Shown: in pieces, positions 39,359 through 48,657 of the stretch
How the letters are laid out: each line of letters begins with the position of its first letter
Numbering within the stretch: the stretch's first letter is position 1
NCBI GenBank assembly: GCA_046861645.1
Contig: JBHHUM010000010.1
Location: 1-51,874 of the forward strand
Length of the DNA: 51,874 bases
DNA from: Fidelibacterota bacterium
Lineage (GTDB): Bacteria > Fidelibacterota > Marinisomatia > Marinisomatales > UBA2128
Direction of reading: 5' to 3'
The notes under the pieces: generated by a model
The model's database searches: none
What the model saw: the letters and a program-made list of their open reading frames with translations, nothing else
What the model was told of the DNA's origin: nothing
Position numbers and translations under genes: made by a program

Positions 39359-39884
39359 AGTATTCCTCCTATTTAGCTTTGCAGATATATTACCAATATT
39401 GTGCCCCCATTAAACACAAGCCAAATTGCTGTACTATTTCGACATCCTGTCAGCAACTTTTGAAAAAAAGCAGTTAAAAAGTCGTGTTATAGATAGTAAA
39501 GAAGAACAATTCCAATTAATCGTATTAATAACAAAATCCACTTTCTTTTTGCTTTTTTCTACTGTAAAAAATATGGAATACTTAAAGGAAATTATGACCT
39601 AACATCGACATATAAGTCATCATCATAAGGATATATCTAATTGTTTCAGTTGAATCAATCAAATTGCTTGATAGCTGAAAAATCAGTGTCACTCAGTAAT
39701 TTTCATTCACCTATTGATGTGTGGTTTCACTTGGAAAATCAGCGTTATTTACTCTAAATATCAGAAGATTCAATTGATACATTTTAATTCTCCTGACAAA
39801 TAAACCTGTTAAAACTATTTCTTTTTAAATAAATTACTACCGAGATAAGCTATTAATAAGTTATTATTCATAATCGGGGATTAA

Positions 39885-39900
39885 AAGATATAAATATCTT
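39885..39900. promoter_or_regulatory. Palindromic operator, probable Rrf2 site
   Basis: AAGATAT-AA-ATATCTT adjacent to TTGTCG-17 nt-TAAATT upstream of the rrf2 gene. Confidence 0.5.
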
Positions 39901-39983
39901 CTTGTCGTAATGTAAATTCCTACGTAAATTATCTATGATTTCAGAGTAAGGAACCATGAATCTCCTTAAAAACAGTGGTCAAA

Positions 39984-40421
39984 ATGTTGCTAAAGAAATC
40001 GTCTGATTACGCTTTACAACTGGGTTTTTACTTAAGTCAGGAATCCGGGGATAATTATATTCACCTAAAACAAATTGCGGAAAAATTAGATTTTCCGTAC
40101 TACCAATTAAGTAAAATAGCAAATCTGATGGTACAGAAAGGGATACTAAAATCTCGTACCGGTCCTAATGGGGGTGTTTGTCTGAAAATGAATCCCAAAG
40201 AACTCAGTTTATGGGATATCATCCAACCCTTTGAAGGAGATTCACTTTTTGAAAATTGTGTTCTGGGGATGGCAAAATGTGACGATAAAAATCCTTGCCC
40301 TATTCATGAGTTTTGGAAAAATGCCAGAAATGTGCTACAGGATCTTTTTAAGGCAAAATCTTTAGAGGAACTTTCTTCAACCACACTTCAGGAATTATCT
40401 GCAAAGAACCTTAACACTTAG
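39984..40421 (+). CDS. Rrf2 family transcriptional regulator (Fe-S binding)
   Basis: DYAL, S.TGPNGG, CVLG..KC....PCPIH. Confidence 0.92.
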   Translation: MLLKKSSDYALQLGFYLSQESGDNYIHLKQIAEKLDFPYYQLSKIANLMVQKGILKSRTGPNGGVCLKMNPKELSLWDIIQPFEGDSLFENCVLGMAKCDDKNPCPIHEFWKNARNVLQDLFKAKSLEELSSTTLQELSAKNLNT

Positions 40422-40439
40422 TTTAGGGAGGTACAATAA

Positions 40440-41024
40440 ATGAAAATCAAACATTTATTACTCTTAACAGTTATTATTTCAGCCACTCCTATTCGTTCTC
40501 TATCTGATAATGAACCCCAATATGTGGGGGTAAAGAAATGTCAGATCTGTCACGCTACCCCTGAAATTGGGGATCAATATGGGATCTGGAAATTATCAAA
40601 ACACGCCCAGGCTTTTGCAACCTTACTCTCTGAGGAATCCCTGAAAATCGCAAAGGAACGTGGTTTAACTGTCCTTCCCCATGAAGCACCTGAATGCCTG
40701 GAATGTCATGTTACCGGCTATGGTGCAGATGATTCTAAGTTTGAGTCTCCCCAAGTTATGGAACTTGGCATTCAATGTGAGAGTTGTCATGGACCGGGAA
40801 GTGAATATAAAAAGATTAGCATCATGTTAGATAGAGAGCAATCTTTAGCAAATGGACTGATTATTCCTACCGAGGAAACATGTATTAAATGTCACAATGA
40901 AAGAAGTCCCAGATATAAGTCTTTTCATTTTGAAGACTTTGTAAAAAAAATAGACCACAAAGTACCTGAAGGATACTCTTGGGAAGAAGATGATGATGAA
41001 GATGAAGACGAGGAACTTTGGTAG
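40440..41024 (+). CDS. Tetraheme cytochrome c (c554-like) with acidic tail
   Basis: Signal peptide; YVG..KCQICH, CLECH, CESCHGPGS, CIKCH; C-terminal EEDDDEDEDEE. Confidence 0.88.
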   Translation: MKIKHLLLLTVIISATPIRSLSDNEPQYVGVKKCQICHATPEIGDQYGIWKLSKHAQAFATLLSEESLKIAKERGLTVLPHEAPECLECHVTGYGADDSKFESPQVMELGIQCESCHGPGSEYKKISIMLDREQSLANGLIIPTEETCIKCHNERSPRYKSFHFEDFVKKIDHKVPEGYSWEEDDDEDEDEELW

Positions 41025-41030
41025 ATCATA

Positions 41031-41531
41031 ATGAAAGCTATTATTATCATTCCTGTCATTATTATGATCATTCTAATCCTTTTGTTTGGATTAGGACGAA
41101 GTCCTGAACCAATCATCCAACCTCTATTATTCAACCACAAAGTACATATAGTTGACCAAGATATGGATTGTGAGACTTGTCACGCTCAAGTCTCCATTCA
41201 TGCCAGGGCGACACTTCCCAGTGTAAAAACTTGCAAGAAATGTCACTCTCAGCCCCTCACCAACTCAACAGTGGAAAGTGAACTGCTTGCTTACATTTCT
41301 AAAAGTGCAGAGATCCCGTGGTCAAGAATTTATGAAGTTCCCGACCACGTTTATTTCTCCCATAGACGCCATGTTACCTTAGGAAATGTAAAGTGTGAAA
41401 CTTGCCATGGAAACGTACAGGAATTGGCTGAACCAGCTGAATATCCGCTAGTAGCCGTAAAGATGGATAATTGTATGAAGTGTCACGAAGAGCATCAAAT
41501 CACAAATGATTGTTTAGCTTGTCATAGATGA
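41031..41531 (+). CDS. Pentaheme cytochrome c (QrcA/ActA-like)
   Basis: N-terminal TM anchor; QPLLFNHKVH, five CxxCH, PDHVYFSHRRH. Confidence 0.88.
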   Translation: MKAIIIIPVIIMIILILLFGLGRSPEPIIQPLLFNHKVHIVDQDMDCETCHAQVSIHARATLPSVKTCKKCHSQPLTNSTVESELLAYISKSAEIPWSRIYEVPDHVYFSHRRHVTLGNVKCETCHGNVQELAEPAEYPLVAVKMDNCMKCHEEHQITNDCLACHR

Positions 41532-44026
41532 AAAAGAATAAAACAAAAATAATTTCCAGAAGAGATTTTCTCAAATTGGCTGGTTTGACTGCGGGAGGTG
41601 TAACAGCCGGTCACTTTCTATTTTCAGAGTTAATGGCAGTTCCTGAGCAATTGTTAGAAAAAGTAGCCAGAAGTACTGGAAAAGAAAGTTGGGTGAATAC
41701 CATTTGCCGACAATGCCCAGGAGGTTGTGGTATTAGTATCCGTAGAATTGATGGTATACCAGTCTATGTGAAAGGAAATCCTATTTTCCCTGTAAATCGT
41801 GGTGGTGTATGCCCAATGGCACACACATCGTTGGAAGTCCTTTTTAACCCGGATCGAGTCAGTAATCCTCTCCGGCGTACAGGTAAAAAAGGCCAGGGCC
41901 ATTGGGAAGACATTGAATGGGAAGAAGCCTTAGATACTCTATCGCAACATCTTCGGGATTTAGTAAATAAAGGAGAAGGAGATAAAATTGCCATTATCAA
42001 CGGTGATAGTTCACCCCTGATAAAACGTTTGTGTCAACACTGGATAAACACAGTCGGTTCTCCCAACTATTTTGAAGACGAAGGTCTGCTCCAAAACTCT
42101 ATTGCCGTCCAACTTTCTCAAGGTATTCAAAAAATACCCGCCTATGATTTTACCAACAGCAAGTACATTCTTAATTTTGGAAGTAATTTTCTCGAAGAGG
42201 GGCTTTCTCCTGTCCACTATCAGAATATCTTCAGTCATTTTCGATCAGGCAAAGTAGAAGCCTCTACAACTCTGGTATCCATCGATTCCCGCATAAACCT
42301 CACTGTATCAAATTCCAATCGCTGGATACCAATCTACCCGGGTACCTATGGTGCCCTGGCTTTAGGTATCGCCAATGTTCTAATAGTTAACGATCTCTAT
42401 GATAAAGAATTCGTACGAAAGCAATGCTCAGGTTTTGATTCCTTCCATGATGCTAAGGGCTATGATCATATTGGGTTTGAATCTTATGTGAGAGCTAACT
42501 ACTATCCTGAGAAAGTATCAGAGATTACAGGAGTACCTACCCAGACGATAATCAAATTAGGGGAGGAATTTGGAACTCACAAACCAGCAATAGCAATTTC
42601 CGGGGAAGCCTCACGATTTACGACAAATGGCAGTTTTGCACAATGGTCAGTATACTGCCTAAATGCATTAATCGGAAATATCCAGAAGAAAGGAGGTATC
42701 TTCTTTACCCCACCCTCAGCTGAACTCACCTTTCCTGATATAAAAGGGGAATCTAATAGAAACACTTCTCCCCTTTCTACTAAAATTGGTTCTGAAGTAG
42801 GAGCCACCTCACTTTTTGGAGATATTACTATTGACCAATTTGCCGAAGCTTTAATTACAGAAGATTCTGATAAAATAGACACTTTACTGATCATTGATTC
42901 TAATCCGGTTTTTCACTCCCGCAATAAAGAAACTATGATAAAGGCACTTCACACCGTAAAAAACGTGATCTACCTGGGCATATTTATTAACGAAACAGCT
43001 AAACATTGCGATTTAATATTACCAGACCACTCCTATTTGGAAAAGATGGATATAAGCGGACCCCTTCCCGGTCTCACTTTCAGCCACGTTGGTTTTCAAC
43101 GCCCTGTTATCAAGCCCATCTTCAACACCAAACAGAGCGGGGACATCCTCATCAATTTGGGCAAAGCTGTGATGGGTACAGAAAGTTTTCCCTGGAAAGA
43201 TTACAAGACCGCCGTCCGTAGCTGGTTTGAGGCCCTTTTTAAGTCCGGAGATGGGACAATAATCTCCAAATACTCTGATAAAGAGTGGATAAAGTATCTG
43301 CAAGAACGTGGTTGGAAACTGCATCAGTATGAATCATTCAAATCCTTTCTAAAACTATTGACAAAAAATGGAGGATGGTGGAAGCCGGGAGATTCGTTGC
43401 TACCTAATAAAAAGATATACCAGACTGAATCTAGCAAATTTGAATTTTTTTCTTCTACGCTTCAAAAGCGTCTATTACAGTTATCAGCCCAGATGGAAGG
43501 GACCTCATCTCTCGAAAAACAGGAAAGGTTATTAAGCAATCTAAATATCTCTGCTCGAGGAGATGAACTCTTTTTACCTCATTATGAAAAGACCATCACC
43601 CCCAATAATCTGAATGAGTTCCCCTTAATACTAACCGTTTCTCAACTATTAACCAACCGCGAAGGTAAAGGAGCTTCACAACCTTCTCTCATGGAAATGG
43701 TGGGCATCCAAGTTGGTCGTTATTGGAAGTCCTGGATCGAAATCAATCCTAAAACAGCCGCTGAATACCAATTGAATGATCGTGATCTAGTTTGGGTCGA
43801 ATCAAGTAGCGGCAGGGTAAAAACTGAAGTAAGGCTTTTTCAAGGAATTCGACCGGGTGTTGTACACATGGCATTAGGTTTAGGACATACTTCTTATGGT
43901 CAATTTGGGACAGGGATAGGTGCCAATGCTACAGATTTAATAGAAAACAATTTTGATTTCGTTTCCAATACTCCAGCACTAAATGGAACCCGAGTTAAGA
44001 TCAGTTCCGTAAGGATGGATACTTGA
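41528..44026 (+). CDS. Tat-exported molybdopterin-oxidoreductase-family subunit (QrcB/ActB-like)
   Basis: SRRDFLK Tat motif; CRQCPGGC...C N-terminal Fe-S motif; DLILPDHSYLE; C-terminal dinucleotide-binding domain. Confidence 0.85.
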   Translation: MKKNKTKIISRRDFLKLAGLTAGGVTAGHFLFSELMAVPEQLLEKVARSTGKESWVNTICRQCPGGCGISIRRIDGIPVYVKGNPIFPVNRGGVCPMAHTSLEVLFNPDRVSNPLRRTGKKGQGHWEDIEWEEALDTLSQHLRDLVNKGEGDKIAIINGDSSPLIKRLCQHWINTVGSPNYFEDEGLLQNSIAVQLSQGIQKIPAYDFTNSKYILNFGSNFLEEGLSPVHYQNIFSHFRSGKVEASTTLVSIDSRINLTVSNSNRWIPIYPGTYGALALGIANVLIVNDLYDKEFVRKQCSGFDSFHDAKGYDHIGFESYVRANYYPEKVSEITGVPTQTIIKLGEEFGTHKPAIAISGEASRFTTNGSFAQWSVYCLNALIGNIQKKGGIFFTPPSAELTFPDIKGESNRNTSPLSTKIGSEVGATSLFGDITIDQFAEALITEDSDKIDTLLIIDSNPVFHSRNKETMIKALHTVKNVIYLGIFINETAKHCDLILPDHSYLEKMDISGPLPGLTFSHVGFQRPVIKPIFNTKQSGDILINLGKAVMGTESFPWKDYKTAVRSWFEALFKSGDGTIISKYSDKEWIKYLQERGWKLHQYESFKSFLKLLTKNGGWWKPGDSLLPNKKIYQTESSKFEFFSSTLQKRLLQLSAQMEGTSSLEKQERLLSNLNISARGDELFLPHYEKTITPNNLNEFPLILTVSQLLTNREGKGASQPSLMEMVGIQVGRYWKSWIEINPKTAAEYQLNDRDLVWVESSSGRVKTEVRLFQGIRPGVVHMALGLGHTSYGQFGTGIGANATDLIENNFDFVSNTPALNGTRVKISSVRMDT

Positions 44027-44027
44027 T

Positions 44028-44711
44028 ATGGCCAGCTGGGGAATGGTAATAGATTTAAACAAATGTACCGGTTGCGGTTCATGCGTTTCTGCTTGTAGAT
44101 CAGAAAATAATGTCCCCAACGTTGGCCCTGAAGAATCGCAATTGGGACGAGCTATCTTCTGGATGGATATCCTGGAAGTAATTGAAGGAGAATATCCTGA
44201 TGTTAAAGTGCATTATATCCCCCGTCCTTGTTTCCAATGTGACAATCCCCCCTGTACCAAGGTTTGTCCAGTCAGGGCAACTTATAAAAATGACGAAGGG
44301 CTTGTCGCTCAAATTTACCACCGTTGCATTGGCTGCCGTTATTGTATGGTTGCTTGCCCATATGCTGCCAAATCTTTTAATTGGTATGAACCCGAGCGTA
44401 CGGCAGAATTTTTACAAACTTGCAATCCTGATGTAAGCAAACGGATGAAAGGAGTTGTCGAAAAATGTTCCTTCTGCAGTCATAGACTACTTAAAGCCAA
44501 GGAACAGGCCAAGTATGAAGCAAGGGAAATGAAAGAGCAGGACTATCAACCTGCCTGTCGGGAAGCATGCCCTACTTCCGCTATCACATTTGGTGATTTT
44601 GACAATGATGAACATGAAGTCAGCCGACTGAAAAAATCCTACCGGGCGTTCAGAATGGAAGAATCCCTGGGAACGGAACCTAAAGTCATTTATTTAGCAA
44701 GAGAAGATTGA
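44028..44711 (+). CDS. 4x[4Fe-4S] subunit (NrfC/QrcC-like)
   Basis: CTGCGSC..AC, CFQCDNPPC..VCP, CIGCRYC..ACPY, KCSFC...PAC..ACP. Confidence 0.93.
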   Translation: MASWGMVIDLNKCTGCGSCVSACRSENNVPNVGPEESQLGRAIFWMDILEVIEGEYPDVKVHYIPRPCFQCDNPPCTKVCPVRATYKNDEGLVAQIYHRCIGCRYCMVACPYAAKSFNWYEPERTAEFLQTCNPDVSKRMKGVVEKCSFCSHRLLKAKEQAKYEAREMKEQDYQPACREACPTSAITFGDFDNDEHEVSRLKKSYRAFRMEESLGTEPKVIYLARED

Positions 44712-44712
44712 G

Positions 44713-46059
44713 ATGAACTCAGAAGAATTCAAAAACGATCCTGATTATCAGCTATACAAACCTGTTCTGGAGAAGGGTCGGGGAGCTTTCATCTTAGGAG
44801 GTGTTCTTCTGGCATTATTTATCTGGACCATGTACATGTATAGTATTCAACTGAGGGAAGGATTGGGTGTAACGGGATTAAACCGACCCATATCGTGGGG
44901 TTTTTACATTGTGAATTTTGTCTTTTTTATAGGTATCAGTCATGCCGGTACTTTGATCTCGGCTATACTAAGATTATCAAAAGCTGAATGGCGTAGACCT
45001 ATTACGCGGATGGCTGAAGTTATTACAGCGATTGTACTGGCCATTGGGGGATTACACCCTATCATCGATCTGGGTAGACCGGATAGATTGTTAAACATTT
45101 TCTACTATGGTCGTCTTCAGTCGCCCCTTTTATGGGATGTCACTGCCATTACCTGCTATTTCACTGCCAGTACAGTTTATCTGTTCCTGCCCATGATTCC
45201 TGATATTGCCCGCTTACGAGATATGGGCGCCCGACCTCAATGGCTTTACAGATTTCTTTCCTGGGGTTGGACTGGTACAAAGAAACAAAAGCAAATCCTT
45301 GAACGTGCCATCACCATCCTCATGGTAATGGTTATTCCTATTGCTGTTTCAGTTCATACTGTTATATCATTTATCTTTTCTATGACTCTGCAACCCGGAT
45401 GGCACAGTACCATTTTTGGACCCTACTTTGTGGTGGGAGCCATATTCTCTGGTATCGCGGCACTGCTTATTGTAATGATCGTTTTCAGGAAAGTCTTTCA
45501 CCTGGAAGGTTATCTGAAATTGATCCATTTCCAGTACCTCTCAACTCTTCTACTCATTATGTCTCTCTTGTGGGGCTACTTTACATTTTCAGAATACCTC
45601 ACCGGAGTTTATGGAGCCGAACCCCATGAGATGAAAACCATTCTTTACAAGTTCACTGGAGAATACTCCCCATTCTTCTGGGGTATGGTACTCTGTAATT
45701 TCATAATTCCCATCGTGATACTGACATTTAAAAAATTCAAAACTATTACGGGAATACTTATTGCCAGTATCGCTGTGGTAGTAGGAATGTGGTTGGAAAG
45801 ATTGAACATTGTTGTACCTTCCCTTTCTAATCCCCGGTTACACATTCCCCACCAGATATACATACCATCTCTAGTGGAATGGGCTCTCTTTATTGCTGGG
45901 ATAACAGTTTTTATACTAGCCTTCATCATGTTTTCGAAATTCTTCCCTGTCATCTCCGTATGGGAGATAAAAGAAGGGAGAAAAGAAGGATTAGAAGAGA
46001 TCAAGGATCGTATTACCAGCTATCAACCAGACATAGATATTAAATTGGAGTATGATTAG
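44713..46059 (+). CDS. NrfD/PsrC family quinol-interacting membrane subunit (QrcD/ActC-like)
   Basis: WGFYIVNFVFFIGISHAGTLISA, DLGRP, SPLLWD, PGWHSTIF, GMWLER. Confidence 0.92.
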   Translation: MNSEEFKNDPDYQLYKPVLEKGRGAFILGGVLLALFIWTMYMYSIQLREGLGVTGLNRPISWGFYIVNFVFFIGISHAGTLISAILRLSKAEWRRPITRMAEVITAIVLAIGGLHPIIDLGRPDRLLNIFYYGRLQSPLLWDVTAITCYFTASTVYLFLPMIPDIARLRDMGARPQWLYRFLSWGWTGTKKQKQILERAITILMVMVIPIAVSVHTVISFIFSMTLQPGWHSTIFGPYFVVGAIFSGIAALLIVMIVFRKVFHLEGYLKLIHFQYLSTLLLIMSLLWGYFTFSEYLTGVYGAEPHEMKTILYKFTGEYSPFFWGMVLCNFIIPIVILTFKKFKTITGILIASIAVVVGMWLERLNIVVPSLSNPRLHIPHQIYIPSLVEWALFIAGITVFILAFIMFSKFFPVISVWEIKEGRKEGLEEIKDRITSYQPDIDIKLEYD

Positions 46060-46061
46060 AA

Positions 46062-46322
46062 TTGACGAAGTTTAAGAAACCTGGAATAATATTCACTTTT
46101 CAGATTATCAGTCTATCAATGATCTGGATCTTTGTCTCGGGAATTACCTGGTGGATACTTAACCTGATCATAATCGCTCGCCGGTTGAGAGACTTTCCCG
46201 ATGCCTCTGTCGTTATCAGCATTGTCGTAATTCCCATTTTCATAACATTAGCTGGTGTTTTGACTTATGTATTTGTAGGTCTAAGGAAAAATAAAGAGGA
46301 AAATTATTCTCCAAAAGAATGA
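46062..46322 (+). CDS. Small two-TM membrane protein
   Basis: Two hydrophobic helices; fills the gap within the operon; TTG start. Confidence 0.65.
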   Translation: MTKFKKPGIIFTFQIISLSMIWIFVSGITWWILNLIIIARRLRDFPDASVVISIVVIPIFITLAGVLTYVFVGLRKNKEENYSPKE

Positions 46323-46334
46323 AGGGAGATAATA

Positions 46335-47570
46335 ATGATAAATAAAATTAATAAACATAAGTTCATACATCAGTGGTATTCTTTTATTCTTAAAGGAGTA
46401 GTCTTTATAGCAGCTACTTTCTTGGCTTACATTGTTTACGGAACTGAAAAGAGAAATGAATCTCTTCAAGAAAATTTTCCCGTAAACCCATTATCAGGTC
46501 GAATTGTTTTTGAAGAGAAGGGATGTATTGATTGTCATGCTATCGACGGATTTGGTGGTGACAATGGACCTGATTTAGGTCGGCAAATATTCTTCGGCAG
46601 TTTCTATGATTTAGCTTCCAGATTATGGAATCATGCCCCGGAAATGGAGATACAATCTGACTTTCTAAATAAAAAATGGCCTTCCTTCTCCTCCTTAGAG
46701 ATGGATCAATTGATCAGTTATTTATTCTTTTTACGATATTTAGGTGAACCTGGAAAAGTAGCTGAAGGTAAAAGACTCCTTGATGAGAAAAAATGTTTGA
46801 TTTGCCATCGAATCGATCAAGAAGGGGCTCCCGAAGGAATTGCACTTGATCATCTACAACGATATGCATCACCCCTATTAGTTGCTCAATTGACCTGGAA
46901 TCATATCCCTGAAATGCAAAAGAAAATGGATACTATGGGTTTCGAGCGCCCTACCTTTAACGATCAAGATATAACTCACATTAGTGCATATCTAAGGGAA
47001 TTAAATCGTACAACTCAAATTGAAACTCAATATATGTCCCCTGGAAATCCAAAGAGGGGTGCTAAACTTTTTGTCTCAAAACAATGCAGCTAATGTCATG
47101 CCAGCCAAGAAAATCAACCCTCCATTGGTAAGCGACTCAGTGAAATGAATCTTCATAAAAGTGTAACTGCTATTGCTGGAACTATGTGGAACCATGGCAA
47201 TACAATGCTGGATGCAATATTAACTGAGGAGTTAGAATGGCCTAAATTTGAAGGGTCAGAAATGGCTGATTTGATTGCTTATCTCTATTTCTTTAACTAT
47301 CAGGGTTCATCTGGTAATCCTGTATTAGGTAAAGAAATATTCGAAGGAAAATCATGTATCATGTGTCACGATACCAATGATAGTTTAGCTATTAAGCAAC
47401 TTAAAAATCTTTCAACTCCTACTGATTTGGTTAAATCTATGTGGAATCATGTTCCTTACATGCACAAACTCACAGTTACGAAGAATATTAATTGGCCGGA
47501 TTTGACTTCTGAAGATCTTAGACATTTGTTCACTTATTTGAAAAGTTTCATTAAAAAGGAAAGTAACTGA
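46335..47570 (+). pseudogene. Tetraheme c-type cytochrome (four WNH repeats) interrupted by an in-frame TAA
   Basis: ORFs 46335..47093 and 47145..47570 share a frame; TGC AGC TAA TGT CAT = C-S-stop-C-H; other hemes CIDCH, CLICH, CIMCH. Confidence 0.8.
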
Positions 47571-47643
47571 ATTAATGGTAAATCTGCAATGCAAATACTT
47601 TTTAGAGGGAAACACCCCAAGTTAACAAAAAGGAGGAACAGTA

Positions 47644-48609
47644 ATGAAAAGCCATAAGATAGTGTTCTTTGGTTTTCTCTTAATCTCGATGGCCCTATTC
47701 ATGGGAGCTTGCGAAGATGGAGGAGATAACCATGATCACTTCGACGGGTTGGTTGTGGCTTCTGTTACCACAGGACCTACCATCGACGGTAGCGTCGATG
47801 CGGTCTGGAGTAATGCTACTGAGTATGTCGTCACTGTTGGTGAGTCTGCAGACTACTCCAACGCTTTTGGAGCAATTGACGTCTCTTTGAAGGCGCTCCA
47901 AGATGGTGAATATGTGTATATTCTCGCATCATGGGCTGACGCTACTGAGAACGTGGACAAGAAACTGTGGACTTATAGTGCAGGTTCTTGGAGTCAATCT
48001 GGAAATGAAGACCGGATTTACTTTATGTGGGATACTGGGACTAACGGTACTGAAGGAGTAAATTGCTCCAGCATGTGTCACGTCGGTGATAACCAAATGT
48101 ATACTACCGGCGGAGGTTGGGTAGATGTCTGGCACTGGAAAGCTCACCGGACTAATCCCCTGGGCCATGCTGACGATAAGTACTTCAATGATGTGATCGG
48201 AGGGGATGGAGGTCGTCATGGTGATTCAAAAACCATCGGTCTCTATTCTGACAACAAAGATAACGATCTGCCCAAGTACTCCGGTCCCATTACCGATGGT
48301 CATTTCATCATCATCCAGGAAGGCGAGGATGAAACTTCTCTCACTGCCTTCACGGCTGCTGATACCACCATCGATATCCCCGGGTACATCCTTAATGAAA
48401 ATGCCGATGGTAGCAGGGCTGATGTGGAAGCAAAAGGCGTCTGGAATAATGGCAAATGGACGGTGGAATTAAAACGTATGCTGGATACTGGTAATAGTGA
48501 TGATGATGCTGTTTTCATCGAAGGCCAGACAATTCAAGCTACCATAGCCGTAACAAATAACTCTGGAGGCGATCATTCCGGAGCTATGCCTTTCGAAGTC
48601 AAGTTCTAA
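47644..48609 (+). CDS. Ethylbenzene-dehydrogenase gamma-like (DOMON heme-binding) lipoprotein
   Basis: AAGGAGG RBS; MGAC lipobox; IDG..D..W, WADAT, EDR, CSSMCH, DVWHWKA, GKWTVELKR. Confidence 0.82.
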   Translation: MKSHKIVFFGFLLISMALFMGACEDGGDNHDHFDGLVVASVTTGPTIDGSVDAVWSNATEYVVTVGESADYSNAFGAIDVSLKALQDGEYVYILASWADATENVDKKLWTYSAGSWSQSGNEDRIYFMWDTGTNGTEGVNCSSMCHVGDNQMYTTGGGWVDVWHWKAHRTNPLGHADDKYFNDVIGGDGGRHGDSKTIGLYSDNKDNDLPKYSGPITDGHFIIIQEGEDETSLTAFTAADTTIDIPGYILNENADGSRADVEAKGVWNNGKWTVELKRMLDTGNSDDDAVFIEGQTIQATIAVTNNSGGDHSGAMPFEVKF

Positions 48610-48622
48610 CCCGTAGTTAAAA

Positions 48623-48657
48623 AGAGGAGGCAGCTGTAAGTTGCCTCCTCTCCTTTT
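48623..48657 (+). terminator. Intra-operon stem-loop (terminator/attenuator-like)
   Basis: AGAGGAGGCAGC-TGTAA-GTTGCCTCCTCT followed by CCTTTT and directly by the next ATG. Confidence 0.7.

Noticed and set aside
39711..39782. 23-codon minus-strand ORF with an AGGAG RBS (MYQLNLLIFRVNNADFPSETTHQ)
   Set aside because: No recognisable motif; may be chance or a remnant
40983..41015. GAA/GAT trinucleotide-like run
   Set aside because: It simply encodes the acidic tail of the tetraheme cytochrome; not a repeat element
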